DNA of 60,656 bases, filler included. It is 7 parts of 7 records of this genome, joined end to end, with 100 filler letters (N's around TTAATTAATTAA, not from the genome) between each part and the next. Parts side by side here need not be neighbours in the genome. Positions count along the whole stretch, not along the records: positions 30,892 to 41,412 come from SRR31156797_29161; positions 41,513 to 53,825 come from SRR31156797_29162; 5 more parts are not named here. One strand, written 5' to 3'. This document shows, piece by piece, positions 40,766 through 50,766 of the stretch. The translations under genes were made by a program, and so were the position numbers. How positions within the stretch are numbered: position 1 is the stretch's first letter; every line of letters begins with the position of its first letter. The notes below the pieces were generated by a model. The model did no database searches. It saw only the letters and a list, made by a program, of their open reading frames with translations, and had not been told where the DNA came from.

Positions 40766-40791
40766 TTTATATGAGATATCCGTTCGCAAAC

Positions 40792-40820
40792 TGGACATCG
40801 AATAAGTGTCAAGTTATACT
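40792..40820 (+). promoter_or_regulatory. Sigma70-type promoter for parA
   Basis: TGGACA-N17-TATACT; flanks resemble the 37470 promoter. Confidence 0.65.
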
Positions 40821-40850
40821 GATTTTCATAACTTCAGGAGGCTCGTAAAT

Positions 40851-41412
40851 ATGACAAAAATCATTCTCTTCGGATCAGGGAAAGGCGGTATAGGAAAATC
40901 TGTTTGCTCGGAGTATACAGCTCGACTTGTAGCCGCAAATGGCAAAAGAGCATTGATCATTGATCTTGACCACATGAACGCATCTTCACGCTCTCTTCTT
41001 CCCGGCTATTACGGCGATGGAACTTCCTCAGATACTCGCAAATCTATCAGACGTGTATTTAAAAAAGAAGCTTCACTTCGCTCACAGATTGAAAGGTCGG
41101 AAACCCGTAATGTATATATTGTTCCCGGAGATAGTGATCTTGGACTCTACACTCCTCCCCCATTTATTCTTAAGCAAGCCATTGATGAACTTATGAATGA
41201 CGGTCACCTCCAATACGACTACATCATTATTGACACACATCCGGAAGTCTCTGCGGTTGAGCTTACCGGAGCACATGCCGCTGACCTCATCATCACTCCG
41301 ATCAAGCTGGCGAATGCACCAATGGAAGCCTCGAAAGGGTACGGGGAGTTTTTAGAGTCAAATGGCATTCCTTTGTCGAAATGGAAGGTTTTCATCATGA
41401 GAATGAAAGATA
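40851..41412 (+). CDS. parA: ParA/Soj family ATPase (3' truncated)
   Basis: Deviant Walker A 'KGGIGKS', 'LIIDLD', 'YDYIIIDTHP', 'ADLIITP'; AGGAGG RBS. Confidence 0.88.
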
Positions 41413-41512
41413 NNNNNNNNNNNNNNNNNNNNNNNNNNNNNNNNNNNNNNNNNNNNTTAATTAATTAANNNNNNNNNNNNNNNNNNNNNNNNNNNNNNNN
41501 NNNNNNNNNNNN
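41413..41512. other. Artificial contig spacer
   Basis: N44-TTAATTAATTAA-N44. Confidence 0.98.
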
Positions 41513-41743
41513 GGCACAGGGCTTTTGAAAATGGCAGAATTAATGGAACTTGAAACGACTGACTTTGTTGCAATCGGGGATTCAGTGAACGATCTGGAAA
41601 TGCTTCAGGAAGCCGGATTTGCAATTGCTGTAGGAAATGCTGATGATTTCCTGAAGGATATTGCAGATTACGTCAGCAAAGCAAGCTACGGGGACGGAAC
41701 TGTGGAAGCGATAGATTATCTGCTATCCAGAAAACTGATCTGA
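41513..41743 (+). CDS. HAD phosphoglycolate phosphatase, C-terminal fragment
   Basis: HAD motif IV 'AIGDSVND', 'AVGNA', 'ADYVS'. Confidence 0.82.
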   Translation, partial: GTGLLKMAELMELETTDFVAIGDSVNDLEMLQEAGFAIAVGNADDFLKDIADYVSKASYGDGTVEAIDYLLSRKLI

Positions 41744-41804
41744 TACAAAAAAGATTGTAGAACTGCAAAGGTAATTGCACTTTGCAGCCTGAGTTCTTTA
41801 ACTT

Positions 41805-42086
41805 TTAAAGGTTGACTGGTTCTATATCCAGTCCGCGTGCCATATTCTTATCAACAACTATGTAGTCCTTGATTGCCCTTACAGATTCAAATGGCAGCAA
41901 AATGTACTGTTCGTCAGTCTTATACTTGGAAGTGTCAAGACTCATATCAGGTTTAACTATCAGGTCAATAAGATCTCCTGATCCTATATCCATTACAATG
42001 TTGTACAGAATTCCTATTTCTGTTCCATCTGTTGCCATTACCTGTTTGCTGGAAAGGTTCTTTGCAAAGACGTTTGCCATTTTCAT
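41805..42086 (-). CDS. PRC-barrel protein (CdpB1-like)
   Basis: 'LSSKQVMATDGTEIG', 'LPFESVRAIKDYIVV'; start may be 42080. Confidence 0.85.
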   Translation of the reverse strand: MKMANVFAKNLSSKQVMATDGTEIGILYNIVMDIGSGDLIDLIVKPDMSLDTSKYKTDEQYILLPFESVRAIKDYIVVDKNMARGLDIEPVNL

Positions 42087-42128
42087 TCACCCTCATATAT
42101 AATAGTAACATGCAAATTTTTCATATAT

Positions 42129-44375
42129 CTATCTGTATCCTATATAAGAACTTGCTTCTTCTTTCTTAATGCCACCTTTAAACTGTGCCTGTATTTTCTC
42201 ATAATACTCGACAAGGTTCTCCGACAATGTTGGCCTTACTTTGTTCATGGCGTCCTTGAAATATTTCATGCTAACCTTTTCAACATCGAAATCATCCCTT
42301 AAAGCTATCATTACAGCTTCTCTGCATACTGCTTCTATGTCAGCTCCAACAAAGCCTTCTGTTTGGGTTGCAAGATCATCGATTGTGACATCATCTGCAA
42401 GAGGTATGTCCTTTGTATGTATCTTGAATATGTCCTTCCTGCCTGAATAGGTCGATTGTCCTACAAGTACCATCCTGTCAAATCTTCCGGATCTTAATAG
42501 TGCAGGATCGATTATGTCCGGGCGGTTGGTTGCGGCAACGACGACAATTTCTTTTAATGGTTCAAGGCCGTCAAGCTCGGTCAAAAGCTGGTTGACAACT
42601 CTTTCGGATACTTTTGAGTCCTCTGAAGCAGCACTTCTCATTGGCGCAATTGAGTCAATCTCATCAAAGAACACAATACATGGGGCTACCTGTCTTGCTT
42701 TCTTGAATGTCTCTCGGATTGCTTTTTCAGATTCTCCTACCCATTTGGAAAGCATTTGCGGTCCTTTGACACTGATGAAGTTTGCATTTGATTCGTTTGC
42801 AACAGCCTGTGCGATCAGTGTTTTTCCGGTTCCTGGAGGGCCAAAGAGCAAAACACCTTTTGGTGGTTTGATTCCCATGCTTACAAACTTCTCCGGTTTT
42901 GTAAGTGGCCATTCAACAGCTTCTACTATTTCCTGTTTGGCTTTGTCAAGACCGCCTACATTTTCCCATTTTACATTTGGAACTTCCACAAGCACTTCTC
43001 TCATTGCAGAAGGTTCAATCTCACGAAGAGCGCTCTCAAAATCATCTTTACGTACGGTAATGGTTTCCAGTATTTCCGATGGTATGTCCTCGTCTTCAAG
43101 ATTAATATCCGGCAAAGCACGTCTAAGCGAGCGCATTGCAGCTTCCTGCACAAGTGCAAGCAGGTCAGCACCTACAAAAGCCTGTGTGTGTGCTGCAATG
43201 TAATCCAGGAAATCTTCATCCACATCATCGGCAAGTGGAACACCTCTTGTATGGATCTGCATAATTTCCAGACGGTCATCTGTATCAGGGACTCCGATCT
43301 CAATTTCCCTGTCAAACCTTCCAGGTCTTCGAAGTGCCGGGTCAATGGCATCCACACGGTTGGTGGCACCAATTACAACAACCTGTCCTCTCTCCTCAAG
43401 ACCGTCCATCATTGTGAGCAACTGGGCAACAACCCTGCGCTCAACTTCTCCGGTAACATTCTGCCTTTTTGGTGCTATGGAATCGATTTCGTCGATGAAA
43501 ACAATAGATGGTGCATCCTCTTCTGCATCCTCGAAAATCTTACGGATACGTTCTTCACTCTCTCCATAATACTTGCCCATAATTTCAGGACCAGCTATAT
43601 AGAGGAAATTTGCCCGGGATTCATTGGCAACTGCCTTGGCAATCAGTGTTTTACCTGTTCCGGGTGGTCCGTAAAGAATGATTCCCTTTGGAGGTTCAAT
43701 ATTGAGTCTCTGGAAAAGTTCCGGGTGTTTCAGTGGGAGTTCTATCATTTCCCTTACACGCTGGATCTCAGTTCCAAGGCCTCCGATGTCTTCGTATGTG
43801 ACTCCCCGGGTTGCATCATCATAACCACGTACCGGTTTCTGTCGGAGTTCAATTTCGGTAAATTCCCCGATGATCAGTATTTCATCTTCAGGGTCGGTCT
43901 CAACTGCAATCAGTGGAATTGCCTGTCCGCCACCCACCTGGTTTGTCATGGGCTGGGTCATTGAGCTGATTATAGGGATTATGTCTCCTTGTACAAGGGG
44001 ACGTTTCATGATGTTACGTTTGATTATTTCGCTGATATGATCTCCATATTCCATTGAGACGCCTTCAGGTGGTGCCAGAATGACCTTGGTTGCAGTAACA
44101 ACTTCGGCTTTCCTGACGGTAATCCTCTCTCCGATACTTACTCCCGCATTCTGCCTGATGAAACCATCAATTCTTACGATTCCCTGCCCCCAATCCTGTC
44201 TTTCGGCTCTCCATACCTTAGCGGCGGTTTTCCTCTTCCCTTCTACTTCAACAATGTCGCCGGGTGAGAGCTGCAGGCTTAACAGGGTAGTTGGATCCAG
44301 ACGGATTATTCCCCTCCCAAAATCATTTGGGTGTGCCTTTTCTACTTTAATCTGTACTTCATCCATTATTTTCAT
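42129..44375 (-). CDS. cdc48: CDC48/VAT AAA ATPase
   Basis: N-domain plus two AAA modules (GPPGTGKT twice, DEID, 'RRPGRFD'). Confidence 0.95.
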   Translation of the reverse strand: MKIMDEVQIKVEKAHPNDFGRGIIRLDPTTLLSLQLSPGDIVEVEGKRKTAAKVWRAERQDWGQGIVRIDGFIRQNAGVSIGERITVRKAEVVTATKVILAPPEGVSMEYGDHISEIIKRNIMKRPLVQGDIIPIISSMTQPMTNQVGGGQAIPLIAVETDPEDEILIIGEFTEIELRQKPVRGYDDATRGVTYEDIGGLGTEIQRVREMIELPLKHPELFQRLNIEPPKGIILYGPPGTGKTLIAKAVANESRANFLYIAGPEIMGKYYGESEERIRKIFEDAEEDAPSIVFIDEIDSIAPKRQNVTGEVERRVVAQLLTMMDGLEERGQVVVIGATNRVDAIDPALRRPGRFDREIEIGVPDTDDRLEIMQIHTRGVPLADDVDEDFLDYIAAHTQAFVGADLLALVQEAAMRSLRRALPDINLEDEDIPSEILETITVRKDDFESALREIEPSAMREVLVEVPNVKWENVGGLDKAKQEIVEAVEWPLTKPEKFVSMGIKPPKGVLLFGPPGTGKTLIAQAVANESNANFISVKGPQMLSKWVGESEKAIRETFKKARQVAPCIVFFDEIDSIAPMRSAASEDSKVSERVVNQLLTELDGLEPLKEIVVVAATNRPDIIDPALLRSGRFDRMVLVGQSTYSGRKDIFKIHTKDIPLADDVTIDDLATQTEGFVGADIEAVCREAVMIALRDDFDVEKVSMKYFKDAMNKVRPTLSENLVEYYEKIQAQFKGGIKKEEASSYIGYR

Positions 44376-44632
44376 CCCAAAAAAATTATTTCATTATATA
44401 CTATGATTATGAATATATGTACCTATTTCCTCCTAAAGAATAAATAAGGTATGGTTTCCGGCATTCTTTCTATTCGTTTTTCCTGTTGAGAAGATTTAAA
44501 TATTTGTCATGTATACTAATCGATGCAAGATTTGATACTATTCTGAGATTTACTTTTACCGGATTGTTTGATCTATTGAGTTTTTCAGCATGGTTTTAGA
44601 TCTTTGAGTTGAATTAAAGGACGTGCATTATT

Positions 44633-44845
44633 TTGTTTAACAACAATGACAGAGAATCAACAGCTCCTGTAGATGTTGGAGAGACCTATGAAGTAACGAT
44701 TGAAGATATCGCAAGAGAAGGAGACGGTATCGCCAGAGTAGATGGATTTGTAATCTTTGTGCCACAAACCCAGGTTGGTGACACTGTAAACATTAAGATC
44801 ACAAGAGTACTTCGCAAATTTGCTTTTGGAGAGAAGGAAGAGTAA
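44633..44845 (+). CDS. Stand-alone TRAM-domain RNA chaperone
   Basis: 'APVDVGETYEVTIEDIAREGDGIARVDGFVIFVP'. Confidence 0.9.
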   Translation: MFNNNDRESTAPVDVGETYEVTIEDIAREGDGIARVDGFVIFVPQTQVGDTVNIKITRVLRKFAFGEKEE

Positions 44846-44940
44846 ATCTTCAAAGAATGGCTAAAACTCATTCTTACAATCTCTTTTTTTACTTTTGTTT
44901 TTAGGAAAGCTATTTATGCACTGGTACCCCATTTTTTATC

Positions 44941-45591
44941 ATGGGGCTAAAAGCATTATTTTTGAACTGTACTTTGAAGTATTCTCCTGAGACCTCTAAC
45001 ACAAGGGTCCTTATTGACAAGGCTGTTAAACTATTTGAGGAACTTGGGGTCGAAAGTGAAGTAGTGCGGGTAACAGACTATAACGTTAAGTTCGGTGTTT
45101 CTTCTGATGAGGGTGAAGGTGATCAGTGGCCTTTGATACTGGATAAGGTAAAAGCATGTGACATTCTCATAATAGGTTCGCCAATATGGTTCGGTGTACG
45201 TTCCTCAGTAGCACAGCTGGTATTTGAAAGACTGGATGGTACCTATGAGGAATATGATAAAGAGACTGGTCAGTTCCCTCTGTATGGAAAGGTTGGGGGA
45301 GTTGTCATCACAGGCAACGAGGACGGAGCGCATGATGTTGCTGCCAATACCTTGTTCAACCTGACTCACCTTGGGTGTACTATTCCTCCTAATGTAGACA
45401 GTTACTGGGTAGGTCCGGCAGGCCCGGGTCCAAGTTATATTGATGCCGGAGGCGAGAGGCACCTTTACACCAATAAGACCATCCGGTATATGGTCCACAA
45501 CACTACTTTCTTTGCAAAACTGCTAAAGGACAACCCGATTTCCACTGACATAAATAAGCTTTACGCGGATGCTGTGGCGGAAAGTGATTAA
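44941..45591 (+). CDS. Flavodoxin / NADPH-dependent FMN reductase family protein
   Basis: 'LNCTLKYSP..SNT', 'GSPIWFG', 'ITGNEDGA'. Confidence 0.85.
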   Translation: MGLKALFLNCTLKYSPETSNTRVLIDKAVKLFEELGVESEVVRVTDYNVKFGVSSDEGEGDQWPLILDKVKACDILIIGSPIWFGVRSSVAQLVFERLDGTYEEYDKETGQFPLYGKVGGVVITGNEDGAHDVAANTLFNLTHLGCTIPPNVDSYWVGPAGPGPSYIDAGGERHLYTNKTIRYMVHNTTFFAKLLKDNPISTDINKLYADAVAESD

Positions 45592-45647
45592 GAGCGCTTA
45601 ATCATAAAAGCTAAAAAACAAGACAGAAAAGTAATTGTTGATGATGG

Positions 45648-47795
45648 TTATTCCATCATCAATGTCATTAGACTGTCCCTTGCTTCTTTTATTTCTTCAA
45701 GGTTCAGTTCTACTTTTGCATCTCCAATCTGGATGTTTAATGCATCTCCACCTACTGTTCCAATTGTCATGTATGGGACATCCTGCAGCAGCTCTTTAAC
45801 TGCTTCTGGCTCTGATGTGCATAGCAATGCTCTTCCGTATGATTCAGAGAACAGTACATCATCGACTCTGAGTTCACCTGCAATATTGCTAAGGTCAATA
45901 TCAGCACCTGTGCTTTCACACATTTCGCAGATTGCAGTTGCAAGTCCACCAAGTGAAACATCATGTGATGCAGTGAGCTTTCCGCTCTTTGCAACGTTTA
46001 TGAGCGTATCGATTATCTTTGCGATATTCTCTGGTGTCTTTGGAGCTTTTCCATTCATCTCCTTTCCAGCAATGTTGTAGTACTCGGAACCTCCAAGTTC
46101 ATCACCTGTTGTACCTACAAGTATTATGGTGTCGCCCTGCTTTGTGAATACGCCGGCTGGTGCCATGTTAACATCTTCTATGTGTCCTACAAGTCCAATG
46201 GATGGTGTAGGTGCAATTGCAGTGTTAAACTCGCCACTTTCGTTGTACAGGGAAACGTTTCCACCAACAACAGGTATTTCAAGATCTCTTGCACCGTCTC
46301 CCAGTCCAAGAATTGCATGTTTGAACTGCCAGTATATATCAGGTCTTTCAGGGTTTCCGAAGTTAAGACAATCCACAATTGCAAGTCCGCGTCCTCCCTT
46401 AACAGCAAGGTTCATGGCGTTCTCAATAACGGTTCCTTTTCCACCTGAATATGGGTCAAGGAGTGTGTGTCTTGGATTACATCCGCAGGAAAGTGCTATT
46501 CCTTCATTCCCGTCGATACGAAGTATGCCTGCATCATCGCCTGGTTTTCTTACGGTGCGAACCTGTACTTCATGATCATATTGTCTGTAGATCCATCTCT
46601 TTGATGCTACATTGTGTGAGGAAAGTAAATCGAGTACTGCTTTGTTCAGGTCTGCCGGAAGTTCTGGTTTATCTCCAATGTTCCTTTCTTCAGGCGCAGT
46701 TGAAGGACGCTCAAATGTTGGTGCTCCCTCTGTCAGCAGCTTGACTGGAATGTCAGCAGCTATTTCTCCCTCAAACTCCACGGTGTAGTTGAGTTCTTCT
46801 GTGAGCTCTCCTATCATACTGGCGTTAAGATCATACTTCTTTGCAATATCCAGTACCGTATCTACCTTATCAGGTTCAACTTCAAGTAGCATACGTTCCT
46901 GGGATTCAGCAATGAGTATCTCATAAGGTGTCATGCCGGTTTCACGCAGTATGACGTTGTCTGCTATGATCTTCATTCCAAGCTCACCTTTGGATGCCAT
47001 CTCCGAACTTGCACCTGCAAGTCCTGCTGCACCAAGGTCTCTGCATGACTTCACATATCCTTTACCAATAGCTTCCAATGTTGCTTCTATCACTAACTTC
47101 TCAGTGAATGGATCTCCAATCTGGATGCTTGGTCTGTCCTCTGCTTCAGAATCCTCAGACAGGTCCCTTGATGCGAAGGATGCACCGCCAAGTCCGTCCC
47201 TTCCGGTTGTGGAACCCATGAGTACAAGCTTGTTACCGGCGGTTTGTGCACATGCTGTTACGACGTCTTTTTCGCGTGCAAGGCCTACTGCGACGACATT
47301 CACAAGAGGGTTTCCGCTGTATGATTTGTCAAAATAGGCTTCACCGCGAACAACAGGAACTCCAATACAGTTACCATATCCTGCAATTCCCTCGATAATA
47401 TGTTCAAAAAGATAGAGGTTCTTGGGGTTGTCTAGGGGACCAAAGTATAGCGGGTCCATTAGTGCAATTGGTCTTGCTCCCATGGAAATAATGTCACGAA
47501 CAATACCTCCCACGCCAGTGGCTGAGCCGTTGTAAGGGTCTACATATGATGGGTGGTTGTGGCTTTCCATACCTACTGCAAGTACCCATCCCTTTCCAAA
47601 ACTGATGATGGCTGCATCGTCTCCGGGACCAATTATAACTTTGTCTCCGGTTGTTGTAAATGTCTTAAGTAAAGGTGCACTTGAGCGGTATGAGCAGTGC
47701 TCACTCCAAAGGTTTAAGAAACAACCCTGCTCCACAAGGTTTGGTTCCCTGCCCATCTTTTCTGTTATGATCTTTAAGTCCTCTTCAGGTAACAT
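45648..47795 (-). CDS. purL: Phosphoribosylformylglycinamidine synthase subunit PurL
   Basis: 'WSEHCSYRS', 'ESHNHPS', 'ESQERM', 'GGNVSLYN'. Confidence 0.96.
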   Translation of the reverse strand: MLPEEDLKIITEKMGREPNLVEQGCFLNLWSEHCSYRSSAPLLKTFTTTGDKVIIGPGDDAAIISFGKGWVLAVGMESHNHPSYVDPYNGSATGVGGIVRDIISMGARPIALMDPLYFGPLDNPKNLYLFEHIIEGIAGYGNCIGVPVVRGEAYFDKSYSGNPLVNVVAVGLAREKDVVTACAQTAGNKLVLMGSTTGRDGLGGASFASRDLSEDSEAEDRPSIQIGDPFTEKLVIEATLEAIGKGYVKSCRDLGAAGLAGASSEMASKGELGMKIIADNVILRETGMTPYEILIAESQERMLLEVEPDKVDTVLDIAKKYDLNASMIGELTEELNYTVEFEGEIAADIPVKLLTEGAPTFERPSTAPEERNIGDKPELPADLNKAVLDLLSSHNVASKRWIYRQYDHEVQVRTVRKPGDDAGILRIDGNEGIALSCGCNPRHTLLDPYSGGKGTVIENAMNLAVKGGRGLAIVDCLNFGNPERPDIYWQFKHAILGLGDGARDLEIPVVGGNVSLYNESGEFNTAIAPTPSIGLVGHIEDVNMAPAGVFTKQGDTIILVGTTGDELGGSEYYNIAGKEMNGKAPKTPENIAKIIDTLINVAKSGKLTASHDVSLGGLATAICEMCESTGADIDLSNIAGELRVDDVLFSESYGRALLCTSEPEAVKELLQDVPYMTIGTVGGDALNIQIGDAKVELNLEEIKEARDSLMTLMME

Positions 47796-47953
47796 TAATG
47801 TGCCTCGGATTATTTTGATTGAGATTGTTCAGATTGATTATGATGTGGTGATTCTATCAAGGGCTTTAAAGAACCCGCGATGTAATAAACATTTCTTTGA
47901 ACAGGATTATAGGCAGATGCTTTCTTTGTGATACATCCGGCACTATGCTGCCA

Positions 47954-48310
47954 TTAGCATTGGTTTTCAAATTCTATTGTGTCCCCTATTTTTATTCCTG
48001 CTTTCTCTGCTTTTCCGTGATAGGTTTCAATAATGTACTTTGACTTTTCCCTGCAGGAACATTTACCGATCCAGGCTCTTAAGCTGGAAATTTGAATGAC
48101 CTTCTTATTTTCATCAAGGAATATCGCATCGATTGGGAAATTTACAAAGAGCATATGCAGTGAAATTTTCTGTTTTCTCTTCATAACAAATACAAGTGCA
48201 TAGCTCTCAGGTATCCTGGTGCTAAACATAAGTCCCTTAATCTGCGACAGGAGGCTGCAGGCAAAATCAACGTCCGTTGCTATCTCTTTACCATTAGATT
48301 TTAATATCAT
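47954..48310 (-). CDS. DUF192 family protein
   Basis: 'KGLMF', 'HMLFVNFPIDAIFLD', 'IKIGD'. Confidence 0.85.
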   Translation of the reverse strand: MILKSNGKEIATDVDFACSLLSQIKGLMFSTRIPESYALVFVMKRKQKISLHMLFVNFPIDAIFLDENKKVIQISSLRAWIGKCSCREKSKYIIETYHGKAEKAGIKIGDTIEFENQC

Positions 48311-48394
48311 CGAAGTTGTACTCTATTATCTATTTTAATTAAAAGCATATGGAGTGTTTAAAATAGATAATAATGTCGGAGGAAATACCACAAG

Positions 48395-48703
48395 ATGAGT
48401 TCAGAAATGTGTTCGGTTTGCGGATTGCCAAAAGAGCTTTGTATATGCGAAGAAGTGGCAAAAGAGCAGCAAAGAATAACTGTCAAAGTAAATAGAAGAA
48501 GATATGGTAAGGAAGTAACAGTCGTAGAAGGACTGGATGGCCATGAAATTGATCTTCATGAACTTTCAACTTACCTGAAGTCCAAGTTTGCATGCGGTGG
48601 AACTGTAAAGGGAAATTCAGTAGAATTGCAGGGAAATCACCTGAGCCGTATGAAGGACGTTCTTATTGCAAAAGGGTTTTCTCCGGATCAGATCAAAAAT
48701 TAA
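48395..48703 (+). CDS. Translation initiation factor SUI1/aIF1
   Basis: '[13 protein letters not shown]', 'RRYGKEVT', 'ACGGT', 'ELQGNH'. Confidence 0.93.
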   Translation: MSSEMCSVCGLPKELCICEEVAKEQQRITVKVNRRRYGKEVTVVEGLDGHEIDLHELSTYLKSKFACGGTVKGNSVELQGNHLSRMKDVLIAKGFSPDQIKN

Positions 48704-48829
48704 CTCTATCTTTTTTGTGTGTGGTTTATCCACACATTCATTTGCAGGCACTCTCTGCTTGCCCCAGTTCTTCAGCAGTTGTGTTGAAGGATATTTATTT
48801 ATTGTACGTCCTCTCTAATTGTAGGTATT

Positions 48830-49996
48830 ATGAAGCGGATCTATATGGACCATAGTGCAACCACCCCAGTGGACCCTTTGGTGGTGGATGCCATGCTACC
48901 TTATTTTGATGAGACGTTCGGTAATTCTTCCAGTCTCCATTCTTTCGGCATGGAAGCTGCAGAGGCTCTGACAAGGGCACGTGAACAGGTTGCTGAGGCT
49001 ATTGGAGCTTCTCCTGAAGAGATAATCTTTACATCCGGTGGAACGGAATCTGACAATCTTGCCATAAGGGGCGTAATACCTCACAACCCGGAAAATACTG
49101 AAAAGAAACACATCATCACATCGGTCATCGAGCATCCTGCAGTTCTCAATACCTGTGCTTATCTTGAGGAACTTGGTCATGATGTCACGTATATTCCGGT
49201 AGATGCAGATGGGATCATCGACCTTCGGGAATTGAAGGATTCGATCCGCAATGATACTATACTTATCAGTGTGATGCATGCGAACAATGAAGTAGGCACT
49301 ATCCAGCCTATAGAGGATATCGCAAAGATAGCAAAGGAACATAACATTTATTTCCATACTGATGCGGTGCAAACTGTGGGCAAGGTCCCTGTCAACGTGG
49401 ATGAGCTTGGTGTGGACATGCTTTCCATTTCCTCTCATAAGATACATGGTCCCAAAGGTGCCGGAGCTTTGTATGTACGCAAGGGAACAGTCATCGAACC
49501 CATAGTCTTTGGTGGCAATCATGAAAATGGACTGCGCTCCGGTACGGAGAACATTCCAGGTATAGTCGGTTTGGGAATGGCAATGTCCCTTGCAAGACAA
49601 CGTCTTGAAGCCGACTCAAAGCACATGCAACAGATGCGTGATTCTCTGATAAGCAGGATATTTGATATTGTATCAGATGTTCGCCTCAACGGACATTCCA
49701 TGCAGCGCCTTCCCAATAACGTAAACCTGAGTTTTAAGTATGTTGAAGGTGAATCTATGCTAATGATGCTGGATATGAAAGGTATCGCAGTATCAACAGG
49801 TTCAGCATGTTCCTCTAAGTCCATGAATGCATCCCATGTACTCAGCTCCATTAAACTGGAGGATGATTATATACATGGTTCCCTGAGGATAAGCCTTGGA
49901 AGGGAGAACAGCATGGAGGATGTGGACTACGTAGTTGAGAGCCTGGAGGAGATCGTACTGAAACTGAGGGCCATGTCTCCACTTGCCAATTCATAG
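48830..49996 (+). CDS. iscS: Cysteine desulfurase IscS/NifS
   Basis: 'YMDHSATTP', 'SGGTESDN', 'SSHKIHGPKG', catalytic 'STGSACSS'. Confidence 0.94.
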   Translation: MKRIYMDHSATTPVDPLVVDAMLPYFDETFGNSSSLHSFGMEAAEALTRAREQVAEAIGASPEEIIFTSGGTESDNLAIRGVIPHNPENTEKKHIITSVIEHPAVLNTCAYLEELGHDVTYIPVDADGIIDLRELKDSIRNDTILISVMHANNEVGTIQPIEDIAKIAKEHNIYFHTDAVQTVGKVPVNVDELGVDMLSISSHKIHGPKGAGALYVRKGTVIEPIVFGGNHENGLRSGTENIPGIVGLGMAMSLARQRLEADSKHMQQMRDSLISRIFDIVSDVRLNGHSMQRLPNNVNLSFKYVEGESMLMMLDMKGIAVSTGSACSSKSMNASHVLSSIKLEDDYIHGSLRISLGRENSMEDVDYVVESLEEIVLKLRAMSPLANS

Positions 49997-50017
49997 AACA
50001 GGAGGAGTAGAATAGAT

Positions 50018-50386
50018 ATGTATTCAAAACAAGTGATCGAGGAGTTCAGCAATCCCCACAACGTAGGTGTTATTGAGGATGCTGATGGAGTGGGTGAGAT
50101 AGGAAGCACTGTTGATGGGGATATAATAAATATATCTATAAAGGTAAAGGACGATGTTATAGAGGATGTGAAGTTCAGGACATTCGGTTGCGTAGTTGCT
50201 ATTTCCACATCAAGTGCTGTAACAAGGCTTGCAAAGGGAAAGAAGGTAGATGAAGCTCTTGAACTGGCCAATGAAGATGTACTTGACGCACTTGGTGGTC
50301 TTCCGGAAGGAAAAGACAGGTGCTCAGGTTTTGCCCTTGATGCCCTCAAGCTGGCTATCGAGGACTATCAGAAAAAGAATGAATGA
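50018..50386 (+). CDS. iscU: IscU/NifU Fe-S scaffold, atypical ligand set
   Basis: 'YSKQVIEEFSNPHNVG', 'FRTFGC', 'LGGLPEGKDRCS'. Confidence 0.88.
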   Translation: MYSKQVIEEFSNPHNVGVIEDADGVGEIGSTVDGDIINISIKVKDDVIEDVKFRTFGCVVAISTSSAVTRLAKGKKVDEALELANEDVLDALGGLPEGKDRCSGFALDALKLAIEDYQKKNE

Positions 50387-50403
50387 AAATTAGGTGATTT
50401 CCT

Positions 50404-50766
50404 GTGAAAACAGCGTGTGAGATAATGGTTCAAAGAGTACTGCCAGCGATTCGTGCAGAACTTGCAAGGAGTATAATAAATGATCATGGAAAGAACCAGC
50501 AGGTAGCTGCGGAAATACTTGGACTCTCAAGAGCAGCCGTATCTCAATATCTCAATGATAAGAGAGGAGCAGAAGTTGATTTTTCAGATGATGTCCAGCA
50601 GGAGATCCAGGATTTTGCTTCAAAGCTTGTGGAAGGGATGAGTTCCAGAGACGAGGTTGCAGGAATGTGTAACGTCTGTAAATTCGTCCAGCGCTCCGGC
50701 TGGCTCAATAAGAATGAGCCTGATGCAGTTTGTTGTATTCTTTGCGGAGATGGCGAGGATAATTGA
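50404..50766 (+). CDS. Archaeal HTH transcriptional regulator with Cys motifs (COG2522-like)
   Basis: 'ACE...VLPAIRAELA', 'AEILGLSRAAVSQYL', CxxC and CCxxC. Confidence 0.82.
   Translation: MKTACEIMVQRVLPAIRAELARSIINDHGKNQQVAAEILGLSRAAVSQYLNDKRGAEVDFSDDVQQEIQDFASKLVEGMSSRDEVAGMCNVCKFVQRSGWLNKNEPDAVCCILCGDGEDN

Larger units (their letters stand above)
30892..41412. mobile_element. Fragment of a large bacteriophage (or phage-plasmid): replication and transcription module
   Basis: Divergent PolA lacking a 5'-3' exonuclease, short DnaG, DnaX-like, orphan MTase, sigma factor, ParA and phage-type AAA protein, tightly packed with no cellular housekeeping context. Confidence 0.82.

Noticed and set aside
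30892-41412. Stop-codon reassignment in the phage
   Set aside because: Genes are full length under code 11, and TAA, TAG and TGA all end genes at sensible boundaries.
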